Below are positions 21,751-34,354 of a stretch of DNA of 64,000 nt, piece by piece. A program made the translations under genes and the position numbers. A model generated the notes under the pieces. It had not been told where the DNA came from. It made no database searches and was given only the letters and a program-made list of their open reading frames with translations. Source of the DNA: Blepharisma stoltei ATCC 30299 (lineage: Eukaryota; Protista; Ciliophora); the NCBI GenBank assembly GCA_965603825.1, contig CBFDEM010000018.1, positions 248,001-312,000 on the forward strand. The letters are read 5' to 3'. Numbering within the stretch: the first letter of the stretch is position 1; the number at the start of each line of letters is the position of its first letter.

Positions 21751-24700
21751 TTATTTAGAAGATTTAAAACGCTTTTTCGCTGGAGTTTGATCAGATGAAG
21801 AAATAATTCTCTTTGCTGGCATATCGTAGTCTTCTGAAGAACTTTCAATTGGGTCATCAGATTCCTCAGCCTTTTTGGTTGCCGATTTAAATGGTGTTAA
21901 AATCTTATTAGGGTCTTGAGAGTGCAGTTTCTGTATAAAGCTCGCTGCTAAGTTTATGCTTTCTTCATATAAGTCTTCCATATGCTCTTCCAGTTCAGGA
22001 TCAAGTACTGCTGCAAATTTCTTATCTTTTTCTATAGTAATTTCAATTGCTTTTTGTATAGAATTCAAACAAGTCTTATCTTTGATTTCTTTAGCAAGTT
22101 TATTTAAAAGCTTTGCAGCTAGATAAGACTCCTTAGGAGTGAATGAATAAAAGTTTGCCTGTGCGATCATTCTTGGATAAATTTTGGCTTGAGAAAAGGT
22201 TAGATTATTCAAGGTCTCTTTGCTTAAGTAGTAAAACATATTGAAATGCAGATTGACTGTAGGGGTAAATTTTGCGTGCTCCCTTAAGTAGTCAGGGTTG
22301 AGATATAAAAATACAAAGCTGAAAATTCTGTTTAAATTCACCTGGGAAAGGTCTAAAGTTTGGAATGAGCCAATTTCAGTTTTATTTAACTGGTTCGTTA
22401 TGACAGAAAGAACCATCTTGAAAGATTCAGCCAAACACATAGCATTTTTCTCACAAAGAAGAGAATAATGAGTGAAAAACACATGTAAAACCTGCTTTAT
22501 TGAATCAGGCGAATCTTGATCAAAAAACAATAGCAACAGCTTAGTAAGCACAGGCTCTCCATGCTTGATTTTTTCTAATAGCAATAATTTGCATAATCCT
22601 TCACACGTCAAAGCTTGCATGTATGAGTTATTAGAATCCAAATAGCTTGCAGCAATAGCAAATACAGTTTGTCCTGAGCATGAAAGGTCTTCATCATTGT
22701 CTTGAATCATCTCATCTTCATCTTCTTTTAATATTTCAAAGACCATGAAAAAGTCCAAAACAGCTCTCAGTGCTAAGAATTCAATTAAAGTGTCTTCTTT
22801 TTTGTCTAGGACTGTTTTAAAAATATATAAATATTCTCTACACCTATCGTATTTCAGCAAGCAATGCAGCCCTAAACTTTCAATTGCAAGACATGGGATA
22901 TAAGTGTCGGTGAACTTAAAAGCAGGATATATTAAAGTGTTTATGATTTCTGAAGCATCTGCATCAATATCCCCTTGTTTCGAATTTCTCAGCATTTCTG
23001 AGTGCAGCATAAGTGATCTATACAAAATCAATAAAATTTCATGCTCTAAGTGGTTGAGCTCTTCTTCCATTTTATTGACCTGCTGCAATACTTCTTCATA
23101 CTGCTGTTTTACTTTTATGGCGTCTGAATATTCTCCTCTATCAATCAACCTTTCTTTTTCATTTTCCAAAGCTTCAATTTCATCATCTAGCTCAGTGATT
23201 TTTCCTAATAAAGCTTCTCTTTTTTCAAGCATAGATGGTGGCCTTTGGGTGTCCTCCACAAACACCCTGATATTTTCATCTTCTATAGGCGCAATCAATG
23301 GGTCTCTAATTTCATTGATAATTTCTATCATAATTCTGCAAAATTCAGTCTCATATTCTTTTTGAAGCTGCTTTATTAAACTGACTGAAAGACTTAGCAC
23401 ATCTTGAGCACGATAATAAAAATAGTCAGTTTGGCCGACACAGTTATAAGCATCTTCAATTTGTGCTGAGGCGTTTACTTCTGGCACAGCAAGTGGAAGC
23501 TTAAAGCAAACTTCTCTATAAGTGTCTAGCAATTTTTGACGAGAAAACTCTTCACCTCGGTCTATGCAGTATGATATTAAAATCATGTTTTGAGCGAAAA
23601 ATAAATCAGGCTGCTGTTGATAAAACAGCACAAGTTGGCATAAAAGGTCGACATCGGGGATGACCTTTTCTAATATTTCTTCATGACTTCCTTTGAGGTA
23701 TTCGGTAATAACTCTTAAAAGAAGCATTGATGTTTTTGATATCGACGACTGAGTATTTTTTCCTGGTGTGTTTATAGCTGAGCATAAGCTAGGGAATAAA
23801 ACTTGTTTGAGAAGCTCACTTAAATCTGCTGGGGAAACTATAGTTTCACATACAAGTTTAATGCATTTGGTAACTTCTCTTTGATATTTCTTTTCTAATG
23901 TATTGATTTCAAGCAAAGTTGTAAAATATACAATAGCTTCGTATTCCTGGGCTTCTTCTTTGTGGGCTTCTTGTTTAAACCAACTGAAGAAAGACGAAAT
24001 TATTTTTCTGGCTTCGTCCCTAATTTTTTCACTTCTGTCTTTAACTGATAAAGATACAATTTCTCTTCGGATTTCTAGGGGAAGTTCACTGAATAGCACT
24101 TCTTGCAGTCTTTTGCAAGCTGCTTGTCTTACGCTTTCTTCTTTATCACAAAGTCTTCCTCCTATGCAGATTTTTGTTTTTTCATTCATTGGCATCAAAT
24201 TGACGGCTTGTTTTCTGACGTCTTGTAAAGGATCGTAATTCATAACTTTTTCTATCTCTTCTAGCATATTAAGCTTTGCTGCTAAATGTATTGAAAAATA
24301 TCTTACAGGAGAATATTTATCTTTCAAAAGCACCTTTGTGTTTTCAATCATCTTAGTGAAAATGTGGTCTGGGATATCTAGAACATCACAAAAGTTCATA
24401 GCAATAAGTCTTTCGAGCATCCATACGCAGCCTAATCTTGTAGGCTTTTCCTTAGCTTCACATCCTTGTAGCATAAGTTTCATTATAGCAACGACAGTTC
24501 TGAGTATATTTTTGATATCATTTTCACTGTCAAAGGTAGAGACTTTTTTCTTGAGTTCGTCGAGGACGGCTACAATTACTTTCATACCTCTTTCTGAGGC
24601 AGGATCTCGACGAAATTGAGGAATCAGCTGTAAAGCGACGTTTTGAATGGCTCTACTAAAGCTTACTGGGTCAGCATCGAAATGAGTGACAAGCTCATTT

Positions 24701-24786
24701 ACGTAGCGTTTTGGGACTGATTTGTATGTGACAGCTTTAGTTAGAGCGATATGACATAAAGCAAAGACATTATCGGCTGCAGCCAT
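21751..24786 (-). CDS. NCAPG: Condensin complex subunit CAP-G (Ycg1/Cnd3)-like HEAT protein
   Basis: 1011 aa with HEAT repeats (LKDKYSPVR, DPLQDVRK, RLCDKEESVR), a central coiled coil and Cnd3-type motifs (IESLGLHCLL, CEGLCKLLL, LLLLFFD). Confidence 0.85.
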   Translation of the reverse strand: MAAADNVFALCHIALTKAVTYKSVPKRYVNELVTHFDADPVSFSRAIQNVALQLIPQFRRDPASERGMKVIVAVLDELKKKVSTFDSENDIKNILRTVVAIMKLMLQGCEAKEKPTRLGCVWMLERLIAMNFCDVLDIPDHIFTKMIENTKVLLKDKYSPVRYFSIHLAAKLNMLEEIEKVMNYDPLQDVRKQAVNLMPMNEKTKICIGGRLCDKEESVRQAACKRLQEVLFSELPLEIRREIVSLSVKDRSEKIRDEARKIISSFFSWFKQEAHKEEAQEYEAIVYFTTLLEINTLEKKYQREVTKCIKLVCETIVSPADLSELLKQVLFPSLCSAINTPGKNTQSSISKTSMLLLRVITEYLKGSHEEILEKVIPDVDLLCQLVLFYQQQPDLFFAQNMILISYCIDRGEEFSRQKLLDTYREVCFKLPLAVPEVNASAQIEDAYNCVGQTDYFYYRAQDVLSLSVSLIKQLQKEYETEFCRIMIEIINEIRDPLIAPIEDENIRVFVEDTQRPPSMLEKREALLGKITELDDEIEALENEKERLIDRGEYSDAIKVKQQYEEVLQQVNKMEEELNHLEHEILLILYRSLMLHSEMLRNSKQGDIDADASEIINTLIYPAFKFTDTYIPCLAIESLGLHCLLKYDRCREYLYIFKTVLDKKEDTLIEFLALRAVLDFFMVFEILKEDEDEMIQDNDEDLSCSGQTVFAIAASYLDSNNSYMQALTCEGLCKLLLLEKIKHGEPVLTKLLLLFFDQDSPDSIKQVLHVFFTHYSLLCEKNAMCLAESFKMVLSVITNQLNKTEIGSFQTLDLSQVNLNRIFSFVFLYLNPDYLREHAKFTPTVNLHFNMFYYLSKETLNNLTFSQAKIYPRMIAQANFYSFTPKESYLAAKLLNKLAKEIKDKTCLNSIQKAIEITIEKDKKFAAVLDPELEEHMEDLYEESINLAASFIQKLHSQDPNKILTPFKSATKKAEESDDPIESSSEDYDMPAKRIISSSDQTPAKKRFKSSK

Positions 24787-25058
24787 TTAAAATTATTAGC
24801 CCGCCAGAAATTAGAGGAAAGACGAGTTAAGAAATAATAAGGTTTACTGGTATAGGATAGAATAGGGATTTAGGACGAATAGGCTAGCCATCATATTTGA
24901 GCTTGATATTTGAATTTTAGAAGTTTTACAATTAATATTGATCTAAAAAGATTTATTATAAAATTAAGATTAATTTTTCATTTCATATTAGCTGATTTTT
25001 ATGCATAATAACTAACAATTTTTGCAGTTAATTTCTTCCCATTAATTTTCATAATAAA

Positions 25059-28013
25059 ATGCTTAGAGGCCGAAGATCATTTTCTTGGAAACTTTTGCAG
25101 AGCAAAGAACACCCTGACTTCAAAATTGTCTCTAACATTTACACACACGATCCATTAGGATCAAAAGTCATCCATCTCAAAACAACAGACAACCACAAAG
25201 CATTTGCCTCACTATTCCGTACAACTCCAGACAACAGCAAAGGAACCCCTCATTGTTTGGAGCATATCGCCTTATGTGGTTCTGAGAAATTTCCAGTCCG
25301 AGACCCATTTTTCAAAATGATAAGCCGATCACTAAACTCCTATATGAATGCATGAACAGGGCCAGACTTCACAATGTATCCTTTCAGCACACAAAACGAC
25401 AAAGACTTTTCCAATTTATTAAGCATCTACTTAGACGCTAGTTTTTTCCCACTTATAACATACCCAAATTTCCGTCAAGAAGCATGGCGGACAGAGTTCG
25501 AAGAAGGAAAATTAGAATACAAAGGTGTTGTTTTCAATGAAATGAAAGCCACCATCACAGACTCAAATGACTTTTTTATTCATCTTATAAATAAATATCT
25601 ATTAGAAGGCACAACTTATCAGTATAACTCTGGAGGAGATCCTAAAGAAATCCCATTACTATCTTATGAAGAATTAAAAGAATTCCATAGGAAGTTTTAT
25701 CATCCTTCCAATGCGACTTTTATGTTTTATGGAGATATGGATATACAGAAATATCTGCAAGAGCTAGAAGAAAATGCTTTGAATAAATTCCAAAAATTAG
25801 AAATGGATACTAGCGTAGGCTTAGCTGTAAAAAGGAGTGAGCCACTTTATATAAATGCAAAGTTTCCTGCTGATGAGGTATCAGTTGACCCAGACAAACA
25901 AGGAAAATTCGCAATCTCTTATTTGTGTCCAGAGATGTCAAAAGATCCTTATTTTAATTTTTGTATGAGTGTGTTGAGCTCATCTTTAATTGATGGCCAA
26001 AATACCCCACTTTATAAAGCTCTGCTAGAGACACAATTAGGTAAATCTTTTCTTTCTGGGACAGGGTTTGATGCATCATCAAAGGAGTCTACTTTTACAA
26101 TAGGCTTAAATGGGATTAAAGAGTCAGATAAAGAAGCTATAGAAAAAGCTATTTTCCAGACATTAGAAAACTGTGCAGAAAATGGGATTGATAGAAACTT
26201 GATTGATTCTTCAATCCATCAGATAGAAATCAGAGTAAAGCAGGTAAAATCCAATTTTGGGCTGATGCTAATGTCCTCTATGGTTCCTTTTGTGCTTCAT
26301 AATGGTGATCCATTAACTCCATTATATATTAATGAATATGTAAATAGACTAAGACAAGATTTAGCTGAAGGAAAGCCAGTTTTCCAAAATTTAATCACAG
26401 AGCATTTATTAAAAAACAAAAATAGAGTCACAATTTTAGGAGTGCCTGACACAAAATATGCAGAAAAACTAATTGAAGAAGAAAATAATAGATTAAAATC
26501 ACTTGAAGAAAAGCTCACAGAAGAAGAGAAAAAAAATCTCGAAGAAGAAGCTAAAGCTTTATTAGAAGACCAAGAAAAGCCACAAAACGTCGATTTGCTT
26601 CCTACACTAATGGTTAGCGATATCGACCCTAAAATTGATTTGATTGACTATACATTCCAAACAAAAGTAAACGAAATCCCAGCTAAGTTTATAGAGCAAC
26701 CGACAAATGGAATAAGCTATATTCGTCTAAAAATCGACATCTCGAATTTGCCTGAAAGACTAAAACCTTTCCTTCCATTATACAATCGCCTTGTAAACCA
26801 AGTTGGCACTAAAAAACACTCTCACGGTGATTTTGACAATTTAAAGGACATGTATACAGTTTCAGGGGTTTCCTGCTCTTCAATAGTCGCTTGTGAAAAT
26901 GATTCACTTGATAGCCACACTGAGCAGCTATCATATAAAATCGCATTTTTAGATAGAAATATAGACAAAGGATTTGAAATTTTTTCTGAGTTTTTGAATG
27001 ATATTATTTTTTCTGAGCATGACCACATCAGCAGACTAATACAAAGAAGCGTGAAAAGTAGAACAGATGAGCTGAATAATGAGGGGATGAGCTACGCAAC
27101 TAGTGTTTCGTCAGCTTCTTTAAGCCCAGCAGGGAATGCATATGAAGGATTAAAAATACTTCAGCATGACTGTTTAATAGCGAATAGTTTATTAAGCCAA
27201 GAAACTTCTGAGCATACTTTGTCCGACATTGCAAGCAAGCTTCATGAAATTCACCAGTTCTTGATGCAGAGGAAGAATATGGAAGTATTAGTCCACACAT
27301 CAGAACTGAACAGCTTAAAAGAAATTTTCATTCAAAAAATCGGAGAGCTCTCAAGTGGATTTGAGCTGGAAAATAGAAAGTTTTTATATGAAGGAAGCTA
27401 TAAGTTACCATTTTCTCCAGCATTGATACGTGAATATTACACTTTGCCGATGCAAGTAAATTACGTTATTGAAGCAGTCAAAGGAACTTCATTACTAAGT
27501 GCAGATCATGGCCCGCTTAGCATTTTATGTGAGCTGCTGTCAATGAATATGTTTTTGAGGGAAATTAGAGAAAAAGGTGGAGCTTATGGGGGTGGGATAA
27601 AATCGAACACAAATACAGGAGTCCTAACACTTTATTCTTATAGGGATCCAAATAATTTGAAAACTTTCCAAGCTTTTGAAAAATGCATCAATGAAGTCAG
27701 TAGGGCAGAATTTGATCAGAGGCAGATCGATGAAGCGAAGTTAAGTGCTTTTTCGAAAATCGATAAGCCTATTCCAGCTTTTGATAAAGGATTAGGGTTA
27801 TTCTTCCATGGTCTCACAAATGAATTGAGGCAAAGCATTCGAACTCAAGTTTTAGAAGTCAATAAAAGCGATTTGTTGAGAGTAGCTGAGCAATATCTGC
27901 TAAAGCCATTACAAAATAAGCAGTCATCAAGAGTGGTTTTCGGATCAGATTCAATCGATAAAAATTTACTTGCTGAAGAGAATTTCGTAGTAAAAAGGCC
28001 AATCAATAAATAA
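25059..28013 (+). CDS. PITRM1: Mitochondrial presequence protease (M16C, PreP/Cym1), 984 aa
   Basis: HCLEH, GSEKFPVRDPFFKM, MNA-TGA-TGPD, KGVVFNEMK, IREKGGAYGG, SYRDP. Confidence 0.95.
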
Positions 28014-28123
28014 TTGAATAGATTTTTATAAGGAAAGATGCTTATGCTTTAATATAATATGGATTAATAACTTTTTGATGAATAAATAATAATAAACCAT
28101 GCAAAATTTCCAGCATTTCATAA

Positions 28124-29221
28124 ATGGAAAATCGCTCCAAATGTGAGATAGCAAAATCCAACTCAGATCATGATAAAAAGAAAGAGACTCACTGCATAAA
28201 GCATTTACCTTCTCCTACTAAGCAAAAGAATATTAAAAAGGCTAAAGAAGATTTGCCTAATAAAAAACCTAAAGTTGGGGTTCCTAATTTAAAATTCGAC
28301 AACCATAAAAGCTCCACAAATCGATCTTGCATTACAATTTCGACTTCACAAAGCTGCAAAGCTTTAAGTGATCGTAATTCCGCATCAAGCCAAAAGCCAG
28401 TTAAGTCAAAAAGTGTAAAAAAGAAAAATTTGATTACTCCTAGAAGCACAAAATCAAAAAGGTCAGGATCTTCAATTTCTAAAACCACAAATGAAAGTTC
28501 AGCAATTACTCACCCAATTTCTTCTGAGCGGATACAGTCGAGTTATGAAAGCAAAATCCCAATCCACTCAGATTTGTCAAAATCTTTTGTCCATCTAAGC
28601 CAATCCGACTTACAAAATATAATCCTTAATAAAACTTTTGAATTTCAAGAAATCCTTGAAAATGAATTAAAAGGAAAGCCAAAAACGCCTTACCAAATCT
28701 CAAAAGAGCAAAGATTAAAGGCAAAAAACCAAGCCTCAGCTCGAAAAAGAGACGAAATTAAACAAAAGCTTGAAGAAGAGGAGCTAGAGCGGGCTAAAAA
28801 ATCAGCCGAGCTTTTCCACAAATCATGCGAATTCAGGCTTAAAAGAGCAATAGAAAACAGCCTTAAAAAGTACCAAACAGCTTTACAAGTAGAAGATGCG
28901 AAAATGATAAAAGAGCAGCAAAAAACTCTTGAAAAGCAAAAACAAGTCGCCATAGAAAGCATCCAGAATTTTTATAATGACAGAATCCAGCTCCTCAAAG
29001 AAAGAATCGATGAGCAGAAATTCTATCAGAAAATTGTAGAGTACGACCAAAAGAAACGACTTTCTGAGGCAGAAAAACTTCATAAGGCACAGCGGAAAAA
29101 GCAATTAAAAGAGCAAGCAAGCCTCTTACACTGCGATGACTCTGATTTTCTTTCATTAGAAGCTAAAGAATTTGAAGAAAGAATAATTGAGAGGTACAAA
29201 AAGGAATCTTTCATATCATAA
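28124..29221 (+). CDS. Hypothetical protein with Ser/Lys-rich N-terminus and coiled-coil C-terminus
   Basis: 365-aa ATG ORF. Confidence 0.75.
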   Translation: MENRSKCEIAKSNSDHDKKKETHCIKHLPSPTKQKNIKKAKEDLPNKKPKVGVPNLKFDNHKSSTNRSCITISTSQSCKALSDRNSASSQKPVKSKSVKKKNLITPRSTKSKRSGSSISKTTNESSAITHPISSERIQSSYESKIPIHSDLSKSFVHLSQSDLQNIILNKTFEFQEILENELKGKPKTPYQISKEQRLKAKNQASARKRDEIKQKLEEEELERAKKSAELFHKSCEFRLKRAIENSLKKYQTALQVEDAKMIKEQQKTLEKQKQVAIESIQNFYNDRIQLLKERIDEQKFYQKIVEYDQKKRLSEAEKLHKAQRKKQLKEQASLLHCDDSDFLSLEAKEFEERIIERYKKESFIS

Positions 29222-29244
29222 TATTGCTATTTAATCCAATAATA

Positions 29245-32200
29245 ATGGTTAAAAAGGTGATTTGTAAACTTGATGGGAATGACGGCAGCTTTCCTCAGCC
29301 TTCAAAGTCAAGCTTCATTTATCGAGTCGAGCCAGGGACGACTGTAAGCTTTCAAATTGAAGCTGGGTCTGTTGTAAACACAGAGAACACAGTTCTTATA
29401 CTTGATATTCACAGAGGAACGAATCCAGAAACTCAAGCAACTCCAGGTTCTTTTAGTCCTTTAGGTCATTGGATTTGTGATGTCACTTTTTCAACTCCAG
29501 GCAACTATAATATCTTCATAGAGTACACGGATAAGGTTTCGAAAGAAAAATTGCAAGGATCAGTAAATTATCTCATTGTCGACCCAGAGATCAAAATTGG
29601 AGGAAAAGTAATACCCATCAATGGAATTTGTATGCAGAGTGTCTTGTCGCGCTCTCTTGGGCCTATAAATAGATGGTTTGAGGTACTGAAGCACCAGAAT
29701 GGGCTGGGATATAATTTATTTCACTTGACGCCAATACAGGAGCTAGGACCATCACAAAGCTTGTATAGCATTAATGACCCTAATAAGCTAAACCCAGAGT
29801 TGTTCCCAGGGCTGGAAACTGTAAATTTTATATAGGAAGAAGCAAAAACTCAAGCTTTGCAAAATGTATTGGCACAGCTGGAAAGTGAAGGGGTAGGGTG
29901 CATTCAAGATGTCGTGCTTAATCACTCAGCTGATGGCTGTCCATTTTTAGAAGAGCATCCAAACGCAACTTATAACTTGAAAAACTGCACATATCTGACT
30001 GTAGCTTATGAACTAGATAAAGCTTTATGCGAATTTTCAACATCTTTATGGAAAAGATGTGTAAAAAACTATGGAAACCGCAATAGGATTGAAAATGAGA
30101 GAGATTTAAGCAACATTATTAGAATTTTAAGAGTTGAGCTGCTACCTTCATTGAGGCTACAGGAGTATTTCCAAATTAACACAGAAAAGGCTTACGAAGA
30201 TTTTAAAAATAATGAAACTCATAAAACACTCGATATTAACTTAGCCCAAGAATTACTCTCTAAAGGAACCGAGTATTTTATGAAGAAATACGCAGTAATT
30301 GGTGAAGGAGAAGGAAGATTCTTAACAACAATTAACGGCGAACTTGTTTGGAGAGCATTTAATACACTAAAAATGAACAGAGACACCATCTTATCCGAAG
30401 CCAAAAAGCTGATCAACGGAATAAACTCATACTTATTAGGAAGATATGAAAGACACCAAGGGGAAATCATAAGCAACATAGAAGGAGACATAAGATATCA
30501 CAAGATTGAACAAAATAACGTAGAAATCACCCCTGCAAACCCACTCGTAAAACCATATTTCTACCAGCTTAGAAGTGGAGATGTAGCGTTGTTTAATGGA
30601 TTTATTATTGGCTATAACGAAGTACTAAAAGATTTCGCTGATAAAGAGGGTTGGCAGTACTTCAGAAGAAACGTAGTCATATGAAGCGATTGCATTAAGT
30701 TGAGATATGGAAGCTCCCGAGATGACTGCCCTGAGCTTTGGGATAGAATGGAAAACTACGTCACAAATATAGCCAGAATTTTCAAAGGAATTCGTCTTGA
30801 TAACGCTCATTCAACACCTCTTCATGTATCTGAATATTTATTATCCAAGGCTCGATTGGCTAATCCTAACCTTTTTGTGATAGCAGAGCTGTTTACAAGC
30901 GACCAAAACACAGACTCTTTATTTGTCAGAAGGCTAGGAATTAACTGTCTTATACGTGAAGCTATGATGGCTAATAACCCCAGGACGCTTGGAAGGCTTG
31001 TATATGAGCACGGAAATGGAGAAATTGCATCTTTAGGGAGTCTTGAAGAAACTGATCTCAACAACAGCAGCTTACTTGGGATTCAGCATGAGTCAGGAGC
31101 AACCAAACTTATTGCATGGCCAGTTCCTGCAATTTTTTATGATTGTACACATGATAACGAAACTCCAGCACAAAAAAGAACAGCCCAAGATGCATTACCA
31201 AACGCCGCAATGGTCGCTCTGTGCAACTGTGCCATTTCTTCTACAAGAGGATACGATGAATTAATTCCTAAACAGTTATCAGTAGTTACTGAAAGAAGAC
31301 TGTATAAACTGCCAGTTATTGAAGAACAAAAAGTAAATGAAATTAAAGTATTTGAGGCAGAAAATGAAGAGTATATAAAAGTCTTTGTAGAGTATACAAG
31401 GGGAGAGCCTGCTAGAGAAATCTTTATTAAAGGAGAATGGGATGGATGGGCAAACCCTATACATTTAGAAAAGTCTGGAGAAAATAATATGTGGAAATCT
31501 GCTTTATTGTTCCCAAAAACATATGCTGGAAGAGAATTTAACTATAAGTATATAGTTGATGGAGTGTGGCTACATGATCCAAAATTCAGATTTTCAGGTA
31601 CTGGAGCTTATACTAATAACATTTTATCAGTAAATCCTCAAGCAATCAGCCCAGGAAATTCAGAAAACCTCTGCCCTGCTAAAAAATACCTTAATTTGCT
31701 TCATACATATTTAGCGGAAAATGGCTATAATGAACTGTATGTTCATCAATGCACAGAAGATATGGCCATGGTTATCAGACAAAACCCTAAAACGCTTGAA
31801 AGCTACGTATTAGTTTCTAGGTCTGCTCATTATAACTCCAACGAGGCAATAGCTTTTAATGGGCTTAAATTACCAGGCCTATTAGATAGGGTTGAATTTA
31901 TAGCCACTTTGGCTATGAAAAACACCAGATTTGAAGAGCATCACGATTTTGTCAATGGATTAGCTGGAAACTTAGAATTCACCACAAATTTAGCCCAATT
32001 TTGCAATGTTTCCCGAGATATAACTGAAAATGTTGATGTTCTGAATTTCTTTAGAATCCCACAAGCTTTCATAGCTATTGTGAAGACAAAACTAAATGCA
32101 GAAACCTTAGAAGGGATTGAAAAGGGATATGAGATTTTAGCGAGCTTCAACAATTGCAAGAGAGTTTTTGAAGGGCTAAGTTTACAGCAAGTAAATCATA

Positions 32201-34011
32201 TACTCTGGAGATGCAGCCAAGAGGAGCTTGATGCCTCTGGAGGAAAAAGAGATGTGTACGGGATACCTGGGTATAAAGCATTTAGCTATGCTGGATTAGG
32301 AGGACTTGTTGTTGAATTTCTACCACTTACGATCGGGAATAGGCTTGGGCATGAAATATTCAATAACTTGAGGCAAGGAAGCTGGCTTATTGATTATAAT
32401 GTGTCTAGGCTGCAACAATATGAATTGCCAGCTAGACTTCAACAATTCATTCATGATCATTTTGGCAAAATCAAATCTTTGCCAAGAGGAGTGATCCCTA
32501 AGCACTTTGTAAAGACCGTTTTCTTGCTATTTAGAAACATAAAGCTTTATGTGCTAAGAGACTTATTCAAGGGAAGCAAACTTTTCAATGACTCAGATGA
32601 TAGTTTAGTAGATTACTTAGGAGTTGCAGTATCACAGTTTTGGGGAAGAGTCCCAAGCGCAAGATCTCATATAGGAGCAGACTCGCTTTCAGCAGGTCTT
32701 CCACACTTTTCTCTTGGCTTCATGAGATGTTGGGGTAGAGATACTTTCATTTCTCTAAGAGGATTGTTATTATGCACTGGCATATGGCAAGAAGCGAGAG
32801 AAACTATTATCACATATGCATCTGTAATGCAAAATGGCTTAATCCCTAACTTACTAGACTCTGGGAATAACTCTCGCTATAACGCCAGAGATGCCACTTG
32901 GTTTTTCATGCAAGCTATTCAAGATTATATTAAAATGTCTCCTGAAGGCCCTGCTATTTTGCAAGAAATGGTAAAACTTCGCTTTAAAAATGGTGAAATT
33001 GACCATTCAGATACCCCACCAATTCAGCTTGCAGAAATAGTTCACATAATTTTACAGGCCCATGCAAGAGGTATTGAATTCAGAGAAAGAAATGCTGGAA
33101 CAAGAATAGACGCTCACATGCGTGATGAGGGTTTCAACATAAAGATAAGCTTTGACCCTCATACAGGATTTATCTATGGAGGAAACAGATGGAACTGTGG
33201 AACCTGGATGGATAAAATGGGAAGCTCACCTAAAGCCGGCAACAAAGGTGTCCCTGCAACACCAAGAGATGGAGCTGCAATTGAAATTGTTGCACTTTTG
33301 TACTCTAGCATAGACTTTTTCGCTAAATTATTCGAGGAAGGAAAATTCCCATACCAAGGTGTAACCCTCGCAGATCATACAAATTTAAGCTATCATGAGT
33401 GGAAAACTAAAATTGAGCAGTCTTTTGAAAATTATTTCTTTATCCCAGAAGATGGGAATTCTCCACAGGTAAACAGAAAACACTTAGGGATTCCTGGGAT
33501 TTATAAAGACACACTAAGAAGCTCGCTGGATTATACTGACTATCAGTTAAGACCAAATCAGTGCATTGCAATGGCAGTCGCTTCAAAACTGTTCAATCCA
33601 GAGCATGCAGCTTTTGCATTGAACCAAATAACAAAATATTTAATGCCAGGCGTTGGGAGAGGACAAGTTGGGATCAGGACTTTGAATGAGGAGGATAGAG
33701 ATTATAAGCCATTTTATGATAATTCTAATGACTCAAATGATTACTCTATCGCGCAAGGGTTCAGCTATCACAATGGACCTGAATGGGTATGGCCTGTTGG
33801 GTATTACTTAAGAGCGTTATTAACATTTGACCCATCTAAGAAAGACTTTGTAATGAAATGCCTTAAGGAGCATAGAACTTATATTGAAAACTCAGCGTGG
33901 ATGTCAATCTGTGAGCTAACAGACAGAGGTGGAAAAGAAAACAAGTTTTCAAGCATGGCCCAAGCTTGGAGCGTGTCAACACTTATTGAAGTCCTTTATG
34001 AATTACGCTAA
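29245..34011 (+). CDS. AGL: Glycogen debranching enzyme with internal CBM48-like module, ~1583 aa
   Basis: HLTPIQ, DVVLNH, VI-TGA-SDCIKLRYG, RLDNAHSTP, AELFT, DCTHDN, RCWGRDTFI, WNCGTWMDKMG, YHNGPEW; intron at 29821-29835. Confidence 0.96.
29821..29835 (+). other. 15-nt intron GTAAATTTTATATAG
   Basis: Removes an in-frame TAG. Confidence 0.9.
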
Positions 34012-34354
34012 TTTAACCATAAGCTTATTTAATTTATAACTATATTTACTAATTTGTGTATATAATGCACTATAATAAAGAATCTCAGAAAGAAGTAATA
34101 TAGTGGCTTAATATTTCTTCCCAAATTAATTTATATTATTTCCTTTAAGCATGCGCTTGACTATTAGCTAATTTTCATTCAATTCAAATAATCTCTCCTA
34201 TTTTGTTCTGTTAGGTTATCTAAAAGTTCCATTTACAAATATTAAACTTATTATCAATAGAAATTATTCACCACATCTGATAATATTTTGCTTTGTCTCT
34301 ACATAATTTTCAATATTCTAATATTCCTGATCGCTTTTTATATCAATAAAATTA

